Shown in pieces: positions 45,712 to 58,559 of a stretch of DNA of 64,000 bases. Position 1 is the first letter of the stretch. Each line of letters starts with the position of its first letter. The notes under the pieces were generated by a model. It saw only the letters and a program-made list of their open reading frames with translations, was not told the DNA's origin and did not search any database. The translations under genes were made by a program, and so were the position numbers. Location: positions 202,587,081 to 202,651,080 of the forward strand of contig CM035846.1 in assembly GCA_020510985.1 (NCBI GenBank), read 5' to 3'. Source of the stretch: Pholidichthys leucotaenia. Lineage: Eukaryota.

Positions 45712-48484
45712 TTGGTGGTTTATGGAGAGTTTAGGGGGAAAAACAGCTATTTAAAACAGCTAAACAGAAAATTCACAGCTATAGCAGTCTCTGAAACCTG
45801 GCTTAATGCAGACCAGGCTCCCCTGATGGCAATAGAGGGATATCAGATGTTTAACATTAACAGATCTCAAAAAAAGGGTGGTGGTGTTGCACTGTATATT
45901 GATGACCTATATAGATGTAAGCTTGTAAATGAAATGTCCTCAGCACTACCAGGGATTCTGGAATGTGTTACTGTTGAGATTGACCTAGACAAAACAAAAA
46001 ATCTAATCATAAGCTGCATATACAGAACGCCGGGAACTTGCATTGAGACATTCAGAGATAAATTAGTCGAGCTGTACAATAATATTACTAGTAAGAAAAT
46101 GGTAGCAATTTGTGGAGATTTCAATATTGATCTACTTAATCCACATCAACAAAATGTAGTTGCAGAGTTCATGAACTCTATGTACAGCATGAGTCTATAT
46201 CCCACAATAACACATCCCAGTAGAATCACAGCTCACTCTGCTACACTTATTGACAACCTGTTTGTCAATGTTCTCGACAAGAAAATAGAAAGTGGATTAT
46301 TGATAAATGATATAAGCGACCACTTGCCAATCTTTGCACTTATCCATGGCCACACGGGGCCCAACCCAGAAAAAATCTCAAAATCGTTCAGACACAAATC
46401 ACCAAACGCAATCAGTTCTTTTAAAGAGGACTTGCTGAAGCAAGACTGGACAGAAGTCTATGTATCAGATGTAAATGAAGCCTATGACACATTTACAAAC
46501 ATTGTAACCACTCTTTATGAAAAAAACTGCCCATTAGTTAAAAAAAAGCTTAAACACAAATTTACTGACAAACCATGGCTAACCAAAGGACTACAAAAGG
46601 CGTGTAAAAAGAAAAATTTATTATATAAAGCGTTCATAAAGAAAAGGACAAAAGAAGCAGAGCAGCGGTATAAAACATACAAAAATAAGTTAACATATAT
46701 AATAAGATGTAGTAAAAGAGACTATTACAGTAAAGAACTGGAAAAAAACAAAGACAATATTAAAAATACATGGACAATAATCAACAGTATCCTTGGAAAT
46801 AAAAGCAGAAATACCAGCTACCCAACTAACATTCCAAAAAATAATAAATCGACTCCGAATGTGAATATAGCTTCACCTGCAGATGAATTTAATAATTTTT
46901 TTGTTAACATTGGACCTAAACTGGCCCGAGAAATACCCACTACGGTGCCAACAGGTGATTCAATATGCAATAACACTGCTGTAAAAGACACCATCTTCAT
47001 AAAGAACACAGACGAAAGAGAGGTCATTGAAATTGTTAAATCGTTCAAAAGTAAAACATCTACTGACTGCGATGGTATTGATATGCTACTAGTCAAAACT
47101 GTTATCGAATGCATAGTGAAACCACTGACGTATATCTGTAACCTGTCTCTCCAATCAGGTATATTTCCCAATGCAATGAAAATAGCTAAAGTAATTCCGA
47201 TTTACAAGACAGGCGACAGAGGGGAACTCTCCAACTACAGACCAATTTCACTATTACCGCAATTTTCCAAGATACTTGAAAAAATATTCTATGAGAGAAT
47301 TGACAACTTCATACTGAAGAATGATTTATTGTGTGAGCAGCAATATGGGTTCAGACACAAAAGGACAACAGCATATGCCTTAATGGAATTTACAGAAAAA
47401 ATATCAACAGCCATTGAAAATAAAGAGTATTCAGTTGGAGTATTCCTGGATCTTAAAAAAGCATTTGATACAGTAGATCACAATCTATTATTAAAGAAAC
47501 TACAAAATTGTGGTATCAGAGGGGTAGCACTGTCCTGGTTAAGAAGTTACTTAAAGAATAGATATCAGTTTGTATGTGTTAACAACAAAAACTCAGAGCT
47601 ACTGAAGGTCACCTGTGGAGTCCCACAGGGTTCAGTTTTGGGACCATTATTATTCAATATGTATATAAATGATATATGTAAAGTTTCAGAAAAAATGGAC
47701 TTAATATTGTTTGCTGATGACACTAACCTGCTATGCAGTGGAAACAATTTGGAGCAACTTCTGGATACACTCGGAAAGGAATTAGGAAAGCTGAAACTGT
47801 GGTTTGATTCAAACAAATTAACGCTCAATTTAAGCAAGACAAAATTTATAGTCTTTAATCAACCATCACAACTACCCAGTACCCAAACTCAGTGTAAATG
47901 GTGTAGAGATTGAAAGGGTATCCGAAACTAAATTCCTTGGAGTAATAATTGATAACAAACTGTGTTGGAAGCCACATATTAATTATATAAAAGGTAAAGT
48001 ATCCAAATCAATTGCAATATTACACAGAGTGAAAAATTTGCTGAATCAACCCACACTATACACCTTGTATCATTCATTAATACTCCCATACATGACATAT
48101 TGTAATGAAGTATGGGGAAATACATATAAAACAAACATATATCCACTCTTTATGCTTCAAAAGAGAGCTATTAGAATAATCAACAAAGCAGCTTACAGGG
48201 AACCAACAAACCCACTTTTTCTTAAACAAAAAACTCTCAAGTTGAAAGATCTGATCGACTTTAAAGCCGCAATAATAATGTTCAAAGTGAAGAATCTATC
48301 ACTGCCCGCAAATATCCAAAAGTTGTTCCAAACAAGGGAGAAACGATATCACTTCAGAGGAACATGTATATTTCAAAAGCCTACAGTGAGAACAACCACC
48401 AAGCAACACTGTATTTCAGTGCAAGGTGTCAGATTATGGAACGATTTTGGACCTGAATTAAAATCATGTACAAAGCTTGGATAA
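45712..48484 (+). CDS. LINE ORF2 (endonuclease plus reverse transcriptase), one frameshift
   Basis: 733-aa ORF plus its continuation. EN and RT motifs as above. Confidence 0.8.
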
Positions 48485-49699
48485 TTTAAACAAAAACTAA
48501 AGGAAGAAATACTCCAAACATATTTACAAGACGACATGTAAACTCACATAAGGATTGACATTTCCAGCCTGTGTTGTGTTATAGCTTAGTTTTTCTTTTT
48601 TCTCTGTGACACTATGTCTTAGATTTGTTTTTGAATAGTAACCGCTTAACTTAGACTAGCTCAGTTTTCTTTTTCTCTCAGTCATATTTTGTCTTAGCCT
48701 TGTTTTAAATTGTAATCGCTCTTGTCTTGTTTTCTCTTTTTTCTCCTTTGAATTCTTGGATGGAATATGGGTGGGCAATATAAGCTGCGGCTTCAGCCAT
48801 CACCCATTTCGGATAACTCACGTGGAATTGTATAGTAGAAGGAGTCTTTGTCTAATTTGACCTTGTTGTTATATTATACAGTTTCTTTTAACCTGTAATG
48901 TACTATCCGAAATAAATAAAATAAATAAATAAAAATAAAAGTCACTACTGTTTTTTATATTTTTTCACTGTTCTTGTTTTAGTTCTTTGCAGTTCACTTG
49001 AAAAAAAGAGCAGCTTTTATGTAAGAACAAATTTATCTTTTATTTCTTTAAATGCAAGAGGGCTTAGGGATTGTGGTGATCCGAGCGCTGATCCCATCCG
49101 CGCTCGGATTGCTCAGTATTTTCCCTTTTCTCCCATATTATTTCGGGTTTGTTATTAGTGCCTTTCCAGGGCTTTTATTGTGATAGCGTCACGGCCAAAC
49201 TTACGGCTGTCAAAGCCAAGCCAAGCCGTGACAGCTGTTTGTGATTTCGTTGATTACGTTCCCCCTTCCTGTGTGGTTCCTTTACTTTTGTGTTTAGTAT
49301 TTAAGGGAGCAGCTGAGGCTCACTCCTTGCTGCGATCTACAACCGTGTACCAGGGCTGGAGTCCCAAACCCCAGCTCCAGCCTTTCCTCTGTATTTTGAT
49401 CCATCTTGTGTTCGTTAGCGTCAGGTTCCGCCCTCATTACGCTCTTACTATCGTTGTCTGAGTTCTTTATTTTGTAGTCTAGTTCTTGCTTGTGTTTTGC
49501 CCCCTGTGGCTCTTTACTTTGTCATTTTGGCCTTCTGTTAAATAAACAAGCAAACTTGCTATTGGCATCTGGCGCCTTATCAATGCCCTGAAAGGGGCAT
49601 TCATGTCAGGGATAATGTCAAAAGAAAGGCTATATTTTTGTTTTGTGAAAGGCAAACAGCTCAGTGCACTTTATTGCAAGAAACACATTCATGTGATGC

Positions 49700-52600
49700 T
49701 GATCCCACCTTCTAGTTAAATCAGTGGGGAGAAAAAAATCTTGTTTAGCCATGGTTCCAGTCACGCTGGCGGTGTTGCAATTTGTTTGTCCAGGAAAAAT
49801 AATCACTTTTCAAGCCGATGAGTTTGGTCATTGGTTGGCAATTGTGTTAAATGTTGAAGGAAGCTTTGTCATATTGATTAATATTTACGGGTATGCTAAT
49901 AGTAACCAAAATAAGGCATTATTGTCAAAAATAGCAGATGTTATCACTGAGTACAAGAAATTATACCACACAGACTGTATCCTGATAGGCAAAGATTTTA
50001 ATCTGGCGCCTAATGAATGGCAGGATTGATGTCCTCCTAGATACAACATTAACCAATGGAATCCTATTTTATTTGATTTTACTAATTCCAATAATTTAAT
50101 AGATTTGGAGAGACAAAAATCCGGATATCAAACAATTTTCATGGTTTAAACCGACTGGCAGTTTTAAATCCAGAATAGACTTATGGTTAGTGACCCCTGC
50201 AACTGGTAAATATGTTTCACATGTCTCATTATCCAGTGTTCCATTAACAGACCATGGCATTATATTGTAGCGAACTCAATATGAGCACCCTACTTGGCTT
50301 GCCAAGTGGGTTGACCCTATTGGCGACACAGGTAGGGTGCGGGACTCCGGAGCGGGAGGCGTGAGTTCAAATCTCCCGGTGGGACATCGCCATGTCGAGC
50401 AGCACGTTACACTGGTGTCAGAAGTGGGATCTCCTGTCCAAAGCAGTAATGGGGCGCTGACATCGGGACAATGTCGAGAACCAGAGGGGAGTAGTGTAGC
50501 GAACTCAATATGAGCACCCTACTTGGCTTGCCAAGTGGGTTGACCCTATTGGCGACACAGGTAGAGTGCGGGACTCCGGAGCGGGAGGCATGAGTTCGAA
50601 TCTCCCGGTGGGACGTCGCCATGTCGAGCAGCACGTTACACTGGTGTCAGAAGTGGGATCTCCTGTCCAAAGCAGTAATGGGGCGCTGACATCGAGACGA
50701 TGTTGACAACCAGAGGGGAGTAGTGTAGCGAACTCAATATGAGCACCCTACTTGGCTTGCCAAGTGGGTTGACCCTATTGGCGACACAGGTAGGGTGCGG
50801 GACTCCGGAGCGGGAGGCGTGAGTTCAAATCTCCCGGTGGGACATCGCCATGTCGAGCAGCACGTTACACTGGTGTCAGAAGTGGGATCTCCTGTCCAAA
50901 GCAGTAATGGGGCGCTGACATCGGGACAATGTCGAGAACCAGAGGGGAGTAGTGTAGCGAACTCAATATGAGCACCCTACTTGGCTTGCCAAGTGGGTTG
51001 ACCCTATTGGCGACACAGGTAGAGTGCGGGACTCCGGAGCGGGAGGCATGAGTTCGAATCTCCCGGTGGGACGTCGCCATGTCGAGCAGCACGTTACACT
51101 GGTGTCAGAAGTGGGATCTCCTGTCCAAAGCAGTAATGGGGCGCTGACATCGGGACGATGTTGACAACCAGAGGGGAGTAGTGTAGCGAACTCAATATGA
51201 GCACCCTACTTGGCTTACCAAGTGGGTTGACCCTATTGGCGACACAGGTAGGGTGCGGGACTCCGGAGCGGGAGGCGTGAGTTCAAATCTCCCGGTGGGA
51301 CATCGCCATGTCGAGCAGCACGTTACAATATGTTTAAAATTGAATCCAGAAAACAAGACAAAATTAAAAAAAAAAGATTATTGGAAATTTAATGAAGACT
51401 TATTAAAAGGTGAGGACTATGTTAAGATAATCAAAGAATTAATTAAAAAATGTCAATGTGATGAAACTATTGGAGGATATGGTAATAGATGGGAATATTT
51501 TAAATATAAAGTAAGGGAATTTTCAACATTTAGTAAACTTAAATGTAAACAACAGAGGGAATATGAGGCCCAGCTAGTTCAAAACTTAATCAATTCTTGT
51601 AATAAGACTAATGACTGACACTGATAAAAGCAATTTCATGTCTTTACAATCCCAGTTAGGCAGTCTATATCATAAAAAAGCACATGGTGCCTATATAAGA
51701 TCTCAGGCTAAATGGACTGAGGAAGGAGAAAAAAATACTTCTTGTTTTAGTAACCTAGAAAAAAGAGGCAAGAGAAAAAAGTTATAAATACATTAGTCAT
51801 TAATGATATTGAATGTACAGATCATAAAACTATATTTGAAGAAATTTTTAACTTTTATTCCAAATTATATTCAAGTACCTACTCCGCTGAGGACTCATTT
51901 ACCTTTTTTTTTTTTAAGAAAGAATAGACATATATTCCAAAGGTAGACTTTATGGCTGTGTTGTGAGACATGTATATGTTGGACACTGCATATGTGATTT
52001 AACCACGATGAAGGAGAGCCAGCCCCCTGCGGTGCGGAGCCACAGAGCCTGGACCCCCTGCGGAGGACAGGGGACAGAAGACTTCCTGACCACTGAGGCT
52101 CGAGAGGAGAGAAGGGGGAGTTATGTAAATAAAAGGCTAATGAATGTGAATAAAGAGATTTTGAGAGAGATGTGTGATTTCCCCCGCGAGGGAAATGGTT
52201 TGATGTCAGAATGTTTAAATGAGAGAACTTTGGTGTGTTCACTCTCTTTGTTCACTGCTCAGGAATGAGAGCAGACAGTGGAATGATTACTTGAATAAAC
52301 TGGAATGAAAGGCAATTCGGTTTCGTTATTCAAGTCTCCCCACAGACTTAACATTTAAAGAAAACTGTGATTTTGATAAAAGAATGGAGGAATTAGATAA
52401 AGCTATAAAAAGGATGGCAACAGGAAAGGCCCTGGGACAGGATGGATTGGCACCAAGTTTTTACACATATTATTTTGGGGAGGATTTAAAAAATTTCTTA
52501 TTTGATGCTATTAATATGAGACATTGACACCAACAATGAAACGGGGACTTATTACTCTCATTCCTAAACCAGAAAAAGATAAGAGACATATTGACAATTT

Positions 52601-53110
52601 AAATACTGATTATAAAATATTTACACATGATAGCTGACAGGTTAAAAAATGGTTTCAAACAGATAAGTGACAGTCTGGTTTTCTGAGAGCTTGATCTATT
52701 CATAATAATCTGAGACTGGTGTTCGATTTGTTGGATTATCTTATTGACAATGATGGCATTATCTTCTTTTTGGACTTTTACAAGACCTTTGATATGGTGG
52801 AACACCCTCTTATTTTGAAAGCACTGGAATATTTTGGTTTTGGGGAAAAGTTTATAAGGATCATTAATTTACTTTATTCAGATATTAACAGCTCAGTTTC
52901 TTTGCCTCTTGGAACACCAAAGCATTTTGATGTAAAACGTGGTATTCATCAAGGCTGCCCTGCTTCACCCTTACTGGTTATTATTGTGGCAGAATTATTA
53001 GGAATATTTATAAAAAATATCCAAAACGTACAGCCACTGAATGTGATGGGAAACTCATTGGTAATAAGCCAACTAGCAGATGACACTATGGTCTTCTTAA
53101 AAAAATATTG
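49700..53110 (+). mobile_element. L1-like LINE remnant (EN, then RT), degenerate, interrupted by a tandem array
   Basis: EN ORF 49724..50029. ORF 51253..51618. RT ORF 52719..53111 (FLDFYKTFDMVEH, GIHQGCPASPLL, QLADDTMVF). Confidence 0.65.
50269..51328. repeat. tRNA-like / SINE-like tandem array, ~229-bp unit, ~4.6 copies with a 2-unit higher-order periodicity
   Basis: Units start at about 50269, 50497, 50716, 50944 and 51180. Variants alternate (…gcgtgagttcaaatctc… and …gcatgagttcgaatctc…). Contains a box-B-like GAGTTCRAATCTC and a …TCGCCA end. Identical 75-aa ORFs lie 458 bp apart. Confidence 0.85.
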
Positions 53111-53703
53111 AACAAATTCTGTCATGAACTGGGGCTGGGATTCCTGCCAGACCCAGCCTTGTGGCTTTATCTATGTATTTATTTATCTATTGTATTATTG
53201 TGCTCCTTTTAGTATTATTCTGCTTTTTATTTTCTCCAGTTGTGTTGCAGTTATTTTGACCATGTTCTGTTAGAGTTGTAATTCTTTTGGATCATGTGTA
53301 TTCTGTGTTGTACTGTGTACTTAATGAAATATATAATAAAAGGGACCTCGAGAGCGGAGCGGAGGTTCACTTCATTTATTTGTAGAAACTCTCCATGCGC
53401 ATGCGCGCATGATACATTCACTGACCATTCTGTATCACTACATCTCCCCCTTTTAAACCAATGTTTCCCAGCTGTTTACAAAAATCAAATCCTCAAAATA
53501 AACTTTGAATTTACACCTTCTGCATCCCATTATTCATCTCATTCTTGTCCCCTCCTTTTTTCTTTTTTTTTTTTCTAACACAATACTGCAACATTCAAAC
53601 TCGTAACACATAAGAATTTAACTGAGAGGCAGGGTGGACTACCTGATCCTCTCTGTTGTGGTATGGAGGTTTATTCTGCTCCGTGTATACACACAACACT
53701 ATA

Positions 53704-55013
53704 CTACAAATTCAGTCTTTTGACTGGCTTGACCGCTCTGCCCACTCTGGTGCGTATACCCGGATCTGGGGTGGTCGATGGTGAAGGCACAACTCTCAAA
53801 TGAGAGCGGTTTCTTCTGAGATTGCCCTTCGACGTGTCAACGACGTAGGACCTCGGTGTCCCAGCTGATCCGGAAACTACTCCAGTGTGTGGTTCGTTCT
53901 TGATCCAGACTCTCTGGCCTGGCTGGAGCGGTTTCTTCTCCTGTGCTCTGTGCCGTGTGTTATATCCCTCAGCCTGTTTTCTTTTAAGCTCTTCATCTTT
54001 CCTCTCAAAAGCTCTCAAGTCCGGCCAAGCTGGTGTGAGGGTGCTTGGAGAGGTGTCTGGATGTTATGCCCCATTAGGAGCTGCGCGGGGGATGCCCCAT
54101 GAGCGAGAGGGGTCGCTCTGTATGCCATCAGTGCTTTGTGAGGGTCCTCATTCTTCTGCAACAGGGCCTTCACGGTTCTAACAGCGCGTTCTGCTTCTCC
54201 GTTGCTTTGAGGGTAACGGGGGCTACTGGTGAGATGCTGGAATTTATAATCTGCAGCAAACTCTGCAAACTCTGCTGCTGCAAACTGTGGGCCGTTGTCG
54301 GTGATGAGTGTGTCAGGCACTCCATGACGGCTGAAGATGGCTTTCATTTTAATAATCACAGCTGACGCTAGAGTGCTTGTGACGTTGGCAACCTCAATGA
54401 ATCGGGAGTAGTAGTCAATGACCACCAAGTAATGACCTTTCTTCCATTCAAACAGGTCGGCGGCTAGCTTTTGCCATGGGCGTGATGGCAAGGGTGTGGT
54501 CAGGAGAGGTTCTGGTGCATTGTGACATTCCTTAGCACAAACTTCACACTGGCGTACCTTTTCTTTTATCTGACGTGTCAGACCTGGCCACCATACTGCT
54601 TCATGAGCCCTCGCCATACACTTCACCATTCCCTGGTGGCCCTGATGAAGCGTTTCCAAAATGTTTGGTTGCCTGCTTGCTGGAATCACTATTCTTTTCC
54701 CTTTCATCAGGAGACCATCAGCCATCAACAAGTCATTTCGGTACTGCCAATAGGACTTCAGCTGCGGAGCTGAACTCTGTCTGTCCCAACCTGTGCGGAT
54801 CAGAGAAGACAGCCGTGCACACACTGGATCCTCTTCCTGAGCTTGCCTAATCTGCATCAGTTTCTCTTGCGATGCAGGCAGTTGCTGAATGACTTCATTG
54901 ATGTGAGCTCTCACGTCACTCTGGAGCACGAGATCCTCCTCTGTAGTTGCACCTTGAAGAGGAGCTCTTGAAAGAGCATCTGCTGCTATGAGATTTTTTC
55001 CCGGAACATGCAC
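53704..55013 (-). pseudogene. pol part 2: integrase (HHCC, DDE) in two frames
   Basis: ORFs 54015..55013 and 53704..54018, with a frameshift between them and relative to part 1. Confidence 0.7.
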
Positions 55014-56590
55014 AATGGTGTAGTGAACCGCAGGAGTCTCAATCTGAATCGCAACACACGAGGGGGAATTTCATCAAGTGCTCTTGTGCTGAGGAGACTT
55101 ATCAAGGGTTTGTGGTCTGTTCTAACCTCAAAGTGCAGGCCCAGGAGGTAAGTTTGGAACTGTTCACACGCCCACGTGATGGCCAAGGCCTCTTTTTCAA
55201 TTTGGGCGTATCTACACTCCGTTTCTGTCATACTGCGGGAAATAAAGGCCACTGGCCTCCACTCTCCTGAAGGTTGAAGTTGTGACAAAACACCCCCCAG
55301 TCCGTAGGAGGATGCATCTGCTGACACCCTAGTCGGCCTGTCAGTGCAGTATGGGGCAAGTACAGCCGATGAGCTGAGCTCTTCTTTCACCTTTGCGAAG
55401 GCTGTCTGTTGAGCTGGCCCCCATGTCCACATGTTATCAGCTTTCAGGAGGTCCCTGATCGGTCCTGTGATCTCTGCAATGTTTGGGGAAAACTTTCCCA
55501 AGTAATTCACCATCCCCATGAATCTTTTGACGTCTGCCACGTCCTTGGGTGGTGGCATGGCCGCAATGGCCCTGATCTTGTCGGGATCTGGCCGTATTCC
55601 CTCTCCGCTGACAATATGCCCGAGGAATTTCACCTCAGTCACTGCAAACTGGCACTTGTCGTTCAGGGTGAGGCCTCGCTGCTGTAGGCGTTGCAGCACT
55701 CGATGCAGCCTTTCATCATGTTCCTGTGGTGTGGCTCCAAACACCAAGATGTCATCTGCATGACAGACCGTTCCTTCCAGGCCATCCAGCATTTGTGTCA
55801 AGCGCTTCTGGAAATGCTCTGGTGCTGAGGATATTCCAAAAGGAAGTCGGTTGAAACAAAAACGTCCAAATGGCGTGATGAAGGTGGTGAGTGGGGACGA
55901 TTCCTTATGCAAAGGAATTTGCCAAAAACCTGCAGTGGCATCTAGCTTTGAAAAAATTCTAGCTCCAGCTAGTTTAGCAAGCGTCTCATCGACTGCAGGG
56001 AGGATGTGTCTTTCTCTGCACATGTTGTCATTTAGGTGGGTGAGGTCGACACATATACGGATTTTTCCGTTTGGCTTTGGTACTACGACCATTCCGGAGC
56101 ACCACTCAGTTGCATCTTCTATGGGTGAAATAACTCCCATTGCCTCCATCCTATTCAGCTCCTCTTGAACTTTCCCTCTTAATGGCAGAGGCAAGCGGCG
56201 TGGCACCGCTAAGGCAAATGGAGTGGCATTCTCTTTCAGTTTAATCCTATATTCACCCTCTAGCTTCCCTAAACCAGTAAACACTCTGGGATATTGCTTC
56301 ACATAAGCATTCTCTGTTGCAATGGCATCTACTTGACTAAGCAAGCTGAGGTCTTGTATGGCTGGCAAGCCAAGTAGTGGAGTAGCTAACCCTGGAACAA
56401 CATACACCTGCTGCTTCACAACAGAGCCCTTGTAGCTCATGTCGGCGGTAAAGCATCCCTGTACTGCGATAGGAACATTGCTTGGTCCACACAGTTTTTT
56501 GCTTGGTGGTGAAAGTTTCCCGTGTAGCTTTTCAGAGTACATGTGTTTTGGGATGGCTGTCACTGCAGCGCCGGTGTCAAGCTTGAACAC
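54986..56590 (-). CDS. pol: pol part 1: protease (LDTGAAVT), RT (CHADDILVFG variant), RNase H
   Basis: 534-aa ORF. Confidence 0.75.
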   Translation of the reverse strand: MFKLDTGAAVTAIPKHMYSEKLHGKLSPPSKKLCGPSNVPIAVQGCFTADMSYKGSVVKQQVYVVPGLATPLLGLPAIQDLSLLSQVDAIATENAYVKQYPRVFTGLGKLEGEYRIKLKENATPFALAVPRRLPLPLRGKVQEELNRMEAMGVISPIEDATEWCSGMVVVPKPNGKIRICVDLTHLNDNMCRERHILPAVDETLAKLAGARIFSKLDATAGFWQIPLHKESSPLTTFITPFGRFCFNRLPFGISSAPEHFQKRLTQMLDGLEGTVCHADDILVFGATPQEHDERLHRVLQRLQQRGLTLNDKCQFAVTEVKFLGHIVSGEGIRPDPDKIRAIAAMPPPKDVADVKRFMGMVNYLGKFSPNIAEITGPIRDLLKADNMWTWGPAQQTAFAKVKEELSSSAVLAPYCTDRPTRVSADASSYGLGGVLSQLQPSGEWRPVAFISRSMTETECRYAQIEKEALAITWACEQFQTYLLGLHFEVRTDHKPLISLLSTRALDEIPPRVLRFRLRLLRFTTPLCMFREKIS

Positions 56591-56604
56591 TACCTGCTGG
56601 CCAT

Positions 56605-57498
56605 TTACTCCAATCGACCTCTTCCACGCACATTAGGTGGAGGTGCCGTAGTCATTGTGCCCAAAAACAAAGTCTCCAAACTTTCACACATGTCCTTCTG
56701 CTGAAGTTCCTCCACTCTCATTTTTGTTTTGCACAAAGCAGCAAAATGCCCCTTTTTCTGACATTTCTTGCAGTCTGCATTGCGAGCAGGACATTCTTTA
56801 AATGAATTTGCATGTGCTTTTCCACACCTGCCACATCTGTCTTTTGCATTTGTCTGACCTGGTCTGTGATTTGTTTTGTTTCCTTGTTGACCCGATTTTT
56901 GTTTGTGCTTGAACCTAACTGCATCCATATTAGCTCCTTCAACACCATCCGTGCTAGTCTGTCTCAGTGTGGTTTGTTGCTTTTTAATTTCCTCGTTTTG
57001 GCGAATCTTCGTCATTGCTTTCGTTAAAGTCAGCTTTGAGTCGAGCTGTAACTTCTCTGAAAGCGTGTGGTCTTTAATACCCACGACTAAGCGATCTCTT
57101 ATCATCTCCTCTTTGAGGATTCCATACTGACAATACTCAGCTAGCTTGTGGACGGCTGTGATGAACGCCTTGGCTGATTCACCAGGCTCCTGGCAGCGTT
57201 TGTTAAACTTGGCCCTCTCATATATCACGTTATGTTCACAGATGAAATGTTTTTCAAATGCGTCTCTTACTTTCTCATCGTCTTTCTTGTCCGCTTCAGC
57301 CAGTGCTAAAGTGTTAAGCACATCATCTGCCGAGTCTCCCATAGTGTATATTAGCGAGTTCACTTGATACTCTTGACTCTTCTGGTCGAGTCCGGCAGCC
57401 ATGCGGAATCTTTCAAAACGTCTGACCCAATTTGGCCAACTAGCGACATCCCTGAAGTCAAATGCCTCGGGCGAGCTTATGGAAAATAACGTATCCAT
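56605..57498 (-). CDS. gag: gag with CCHC zinc knuckles
   Basis: CGRCGKAHANSFKECPARNADCKKCQKKGHFAALC. Confidence 0.75.
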   Translation of the reverse strand: MDTLFSISSPEAFDFRDVASWPNWVRRFERFRMAAGLDQKSQEYQVNSLIYTMGDSADDVLNTLALAEADKKDDEKVRDAFEKHFICEHNVIYERAKFNKRCQEPGESAKAFITAVHKLAEYCQYGILKEEMIRDRLVVGIKDHTLSEKLQLDSKLTLTKAMTKIRQNEEIKKQQTTLRQTSTDGVEGANMDAVRFKHKQKSGQQGNKTNHRPGQTNAKDRCGRCGKAHANSFKECPARNADCKKCQKKGHFAALCKTKMRVEELQQKDMCESLETLFLGTMTTAPPPNVRGRGRLE

Positions 57499-58559
57499 TA
57501 CCTTCCGACGTCTTCGTCACGTTGTGGCTAGCTTGGAATGTTTGCTAGTTCAGCTCGTGAACTTGAAAACTTTTTTTTTTTTTTTTTTCCTCTGTACAGC
57601 CCAACTGGAAGGAAACTTCACTTACATGCTTTTTAAAGCTTCTGTCTTCATATTAGAGACGGGTCGCCGACTTCTGACACCATGTGTTGTACTGTGTACT
57701 TAATGAAATATATAATGAAAGGGACCTCGAGAGCGGAGCGGAGGTTCACTTCATTTATTTGTAGAAACTCTCCATGCGCATGCGCGCATGATACATTCAC
57801 TGACCATTCTGTATCACTACATATTCCTCATTTTTATTCTGTGGGCTGGCAGCTGTCAGATGACTCCTGGGGTTGTGCCCAGCGTGGGCGTCATCTGTCA
57901 AGCTGCCAGATCAGCTGCTCCTCCCTTACCTCTCATTACTGTCAGCTGATTCCAATTGTGCTTTTTTTGCCTGCTCATGCGAGCCCACACCAGTGCTCAT
58001 TTATGTCATTAATTTCACCTGTATTTAAGCTCTGCCGTTTCTTTGTCTCTTGCCGCTTTGTTGGATGTACCTCCTGCATTCCCTGCTTAATCTACAATCG
58101 TATGTGCTGATTTTCCCTCCGGAGCTTCCCTGCTTCAAGGCACATGTTGTTAGTTTTTTCCTCGTTTATCATCTGGTATTTTGGGCACATTTTGACTGTT
58201 ATGTTTCTTTGCCTAATAAATGCACAAACACCATCCAGCACTTGGGCTGTCTCTTTCTGCCTCGCAGAGGCGCACATGACAGAACGAAATGGCCAGTTAA
58301 AAGCCCAGCTGTGGTGTCAGCGTGCATTTTTCACCTTTTTGTGTTTTGTCCACTAACCTGTCTTGGAGCTCGCCATGTCCACCTGAATGATGTAGAGCGG
58401 CGGGCGGTGAGCTTTCTGGAGGGTTTTTTGTCGCTAACGCAGGCCTCCCGTTCTCTTGAGACGGTCCAAAAGAGTCGGGATGGCGCTGCATGAGTGATGA
58501 AGGCATTTCCTTGTCTGTGGAGTCACCCGGAGGCCATTAACATCCTCTCCTCCATATAT

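Larger units (their letters stand above)
44700..48950 (+). mobile_element. ~4.2 kb LINE with ORF1 and ORF2 (CR1/L2- or Jockey-like RT; clade uncertain)
   Basis: ORF1-like 44739..45446. ORF2 45712..47913 has an AP-endonuclease (SETWL…) and RT (FRHKRTTAYA…, CGVPQGSVLGPLLF, FADDTNL). After one frameshift near 47900, ORF 48029..48484 continues it. AT-rich (AAATAAAT)n tail at 48905-48940. Confidence 0.8.
53304..57821 (-). mobile_element. Ty3/Gypsy LTR retrotransposon with short 139-bp LTRs (pol frameshifted)
   Basis: LTRs at 53304-53442 and 57683-57821, near-identical. TSD is TATTC (53299-53303 and 57822-57826). PBS-like 'tggtgtcagaagtcggcgaccc' on the element strand. PPT 'aaaagggggag'. gag(CCHC)-PR-RT-RH-IN split into 4 ORFs. 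Confidence 0.85.

Noticed and set aside
50269..51328. Possible cluster of tRNA genes
   Set aside because: The acceptor stem does not pair (ggcgaca vs atcgcc). The T-arm has a 14-nt loop between GGGAG and CTCCC. The 75-aa ORFs are identical copies. I read it as a tRNA/SINE-derived tandem repeat, not functional tRNAs.
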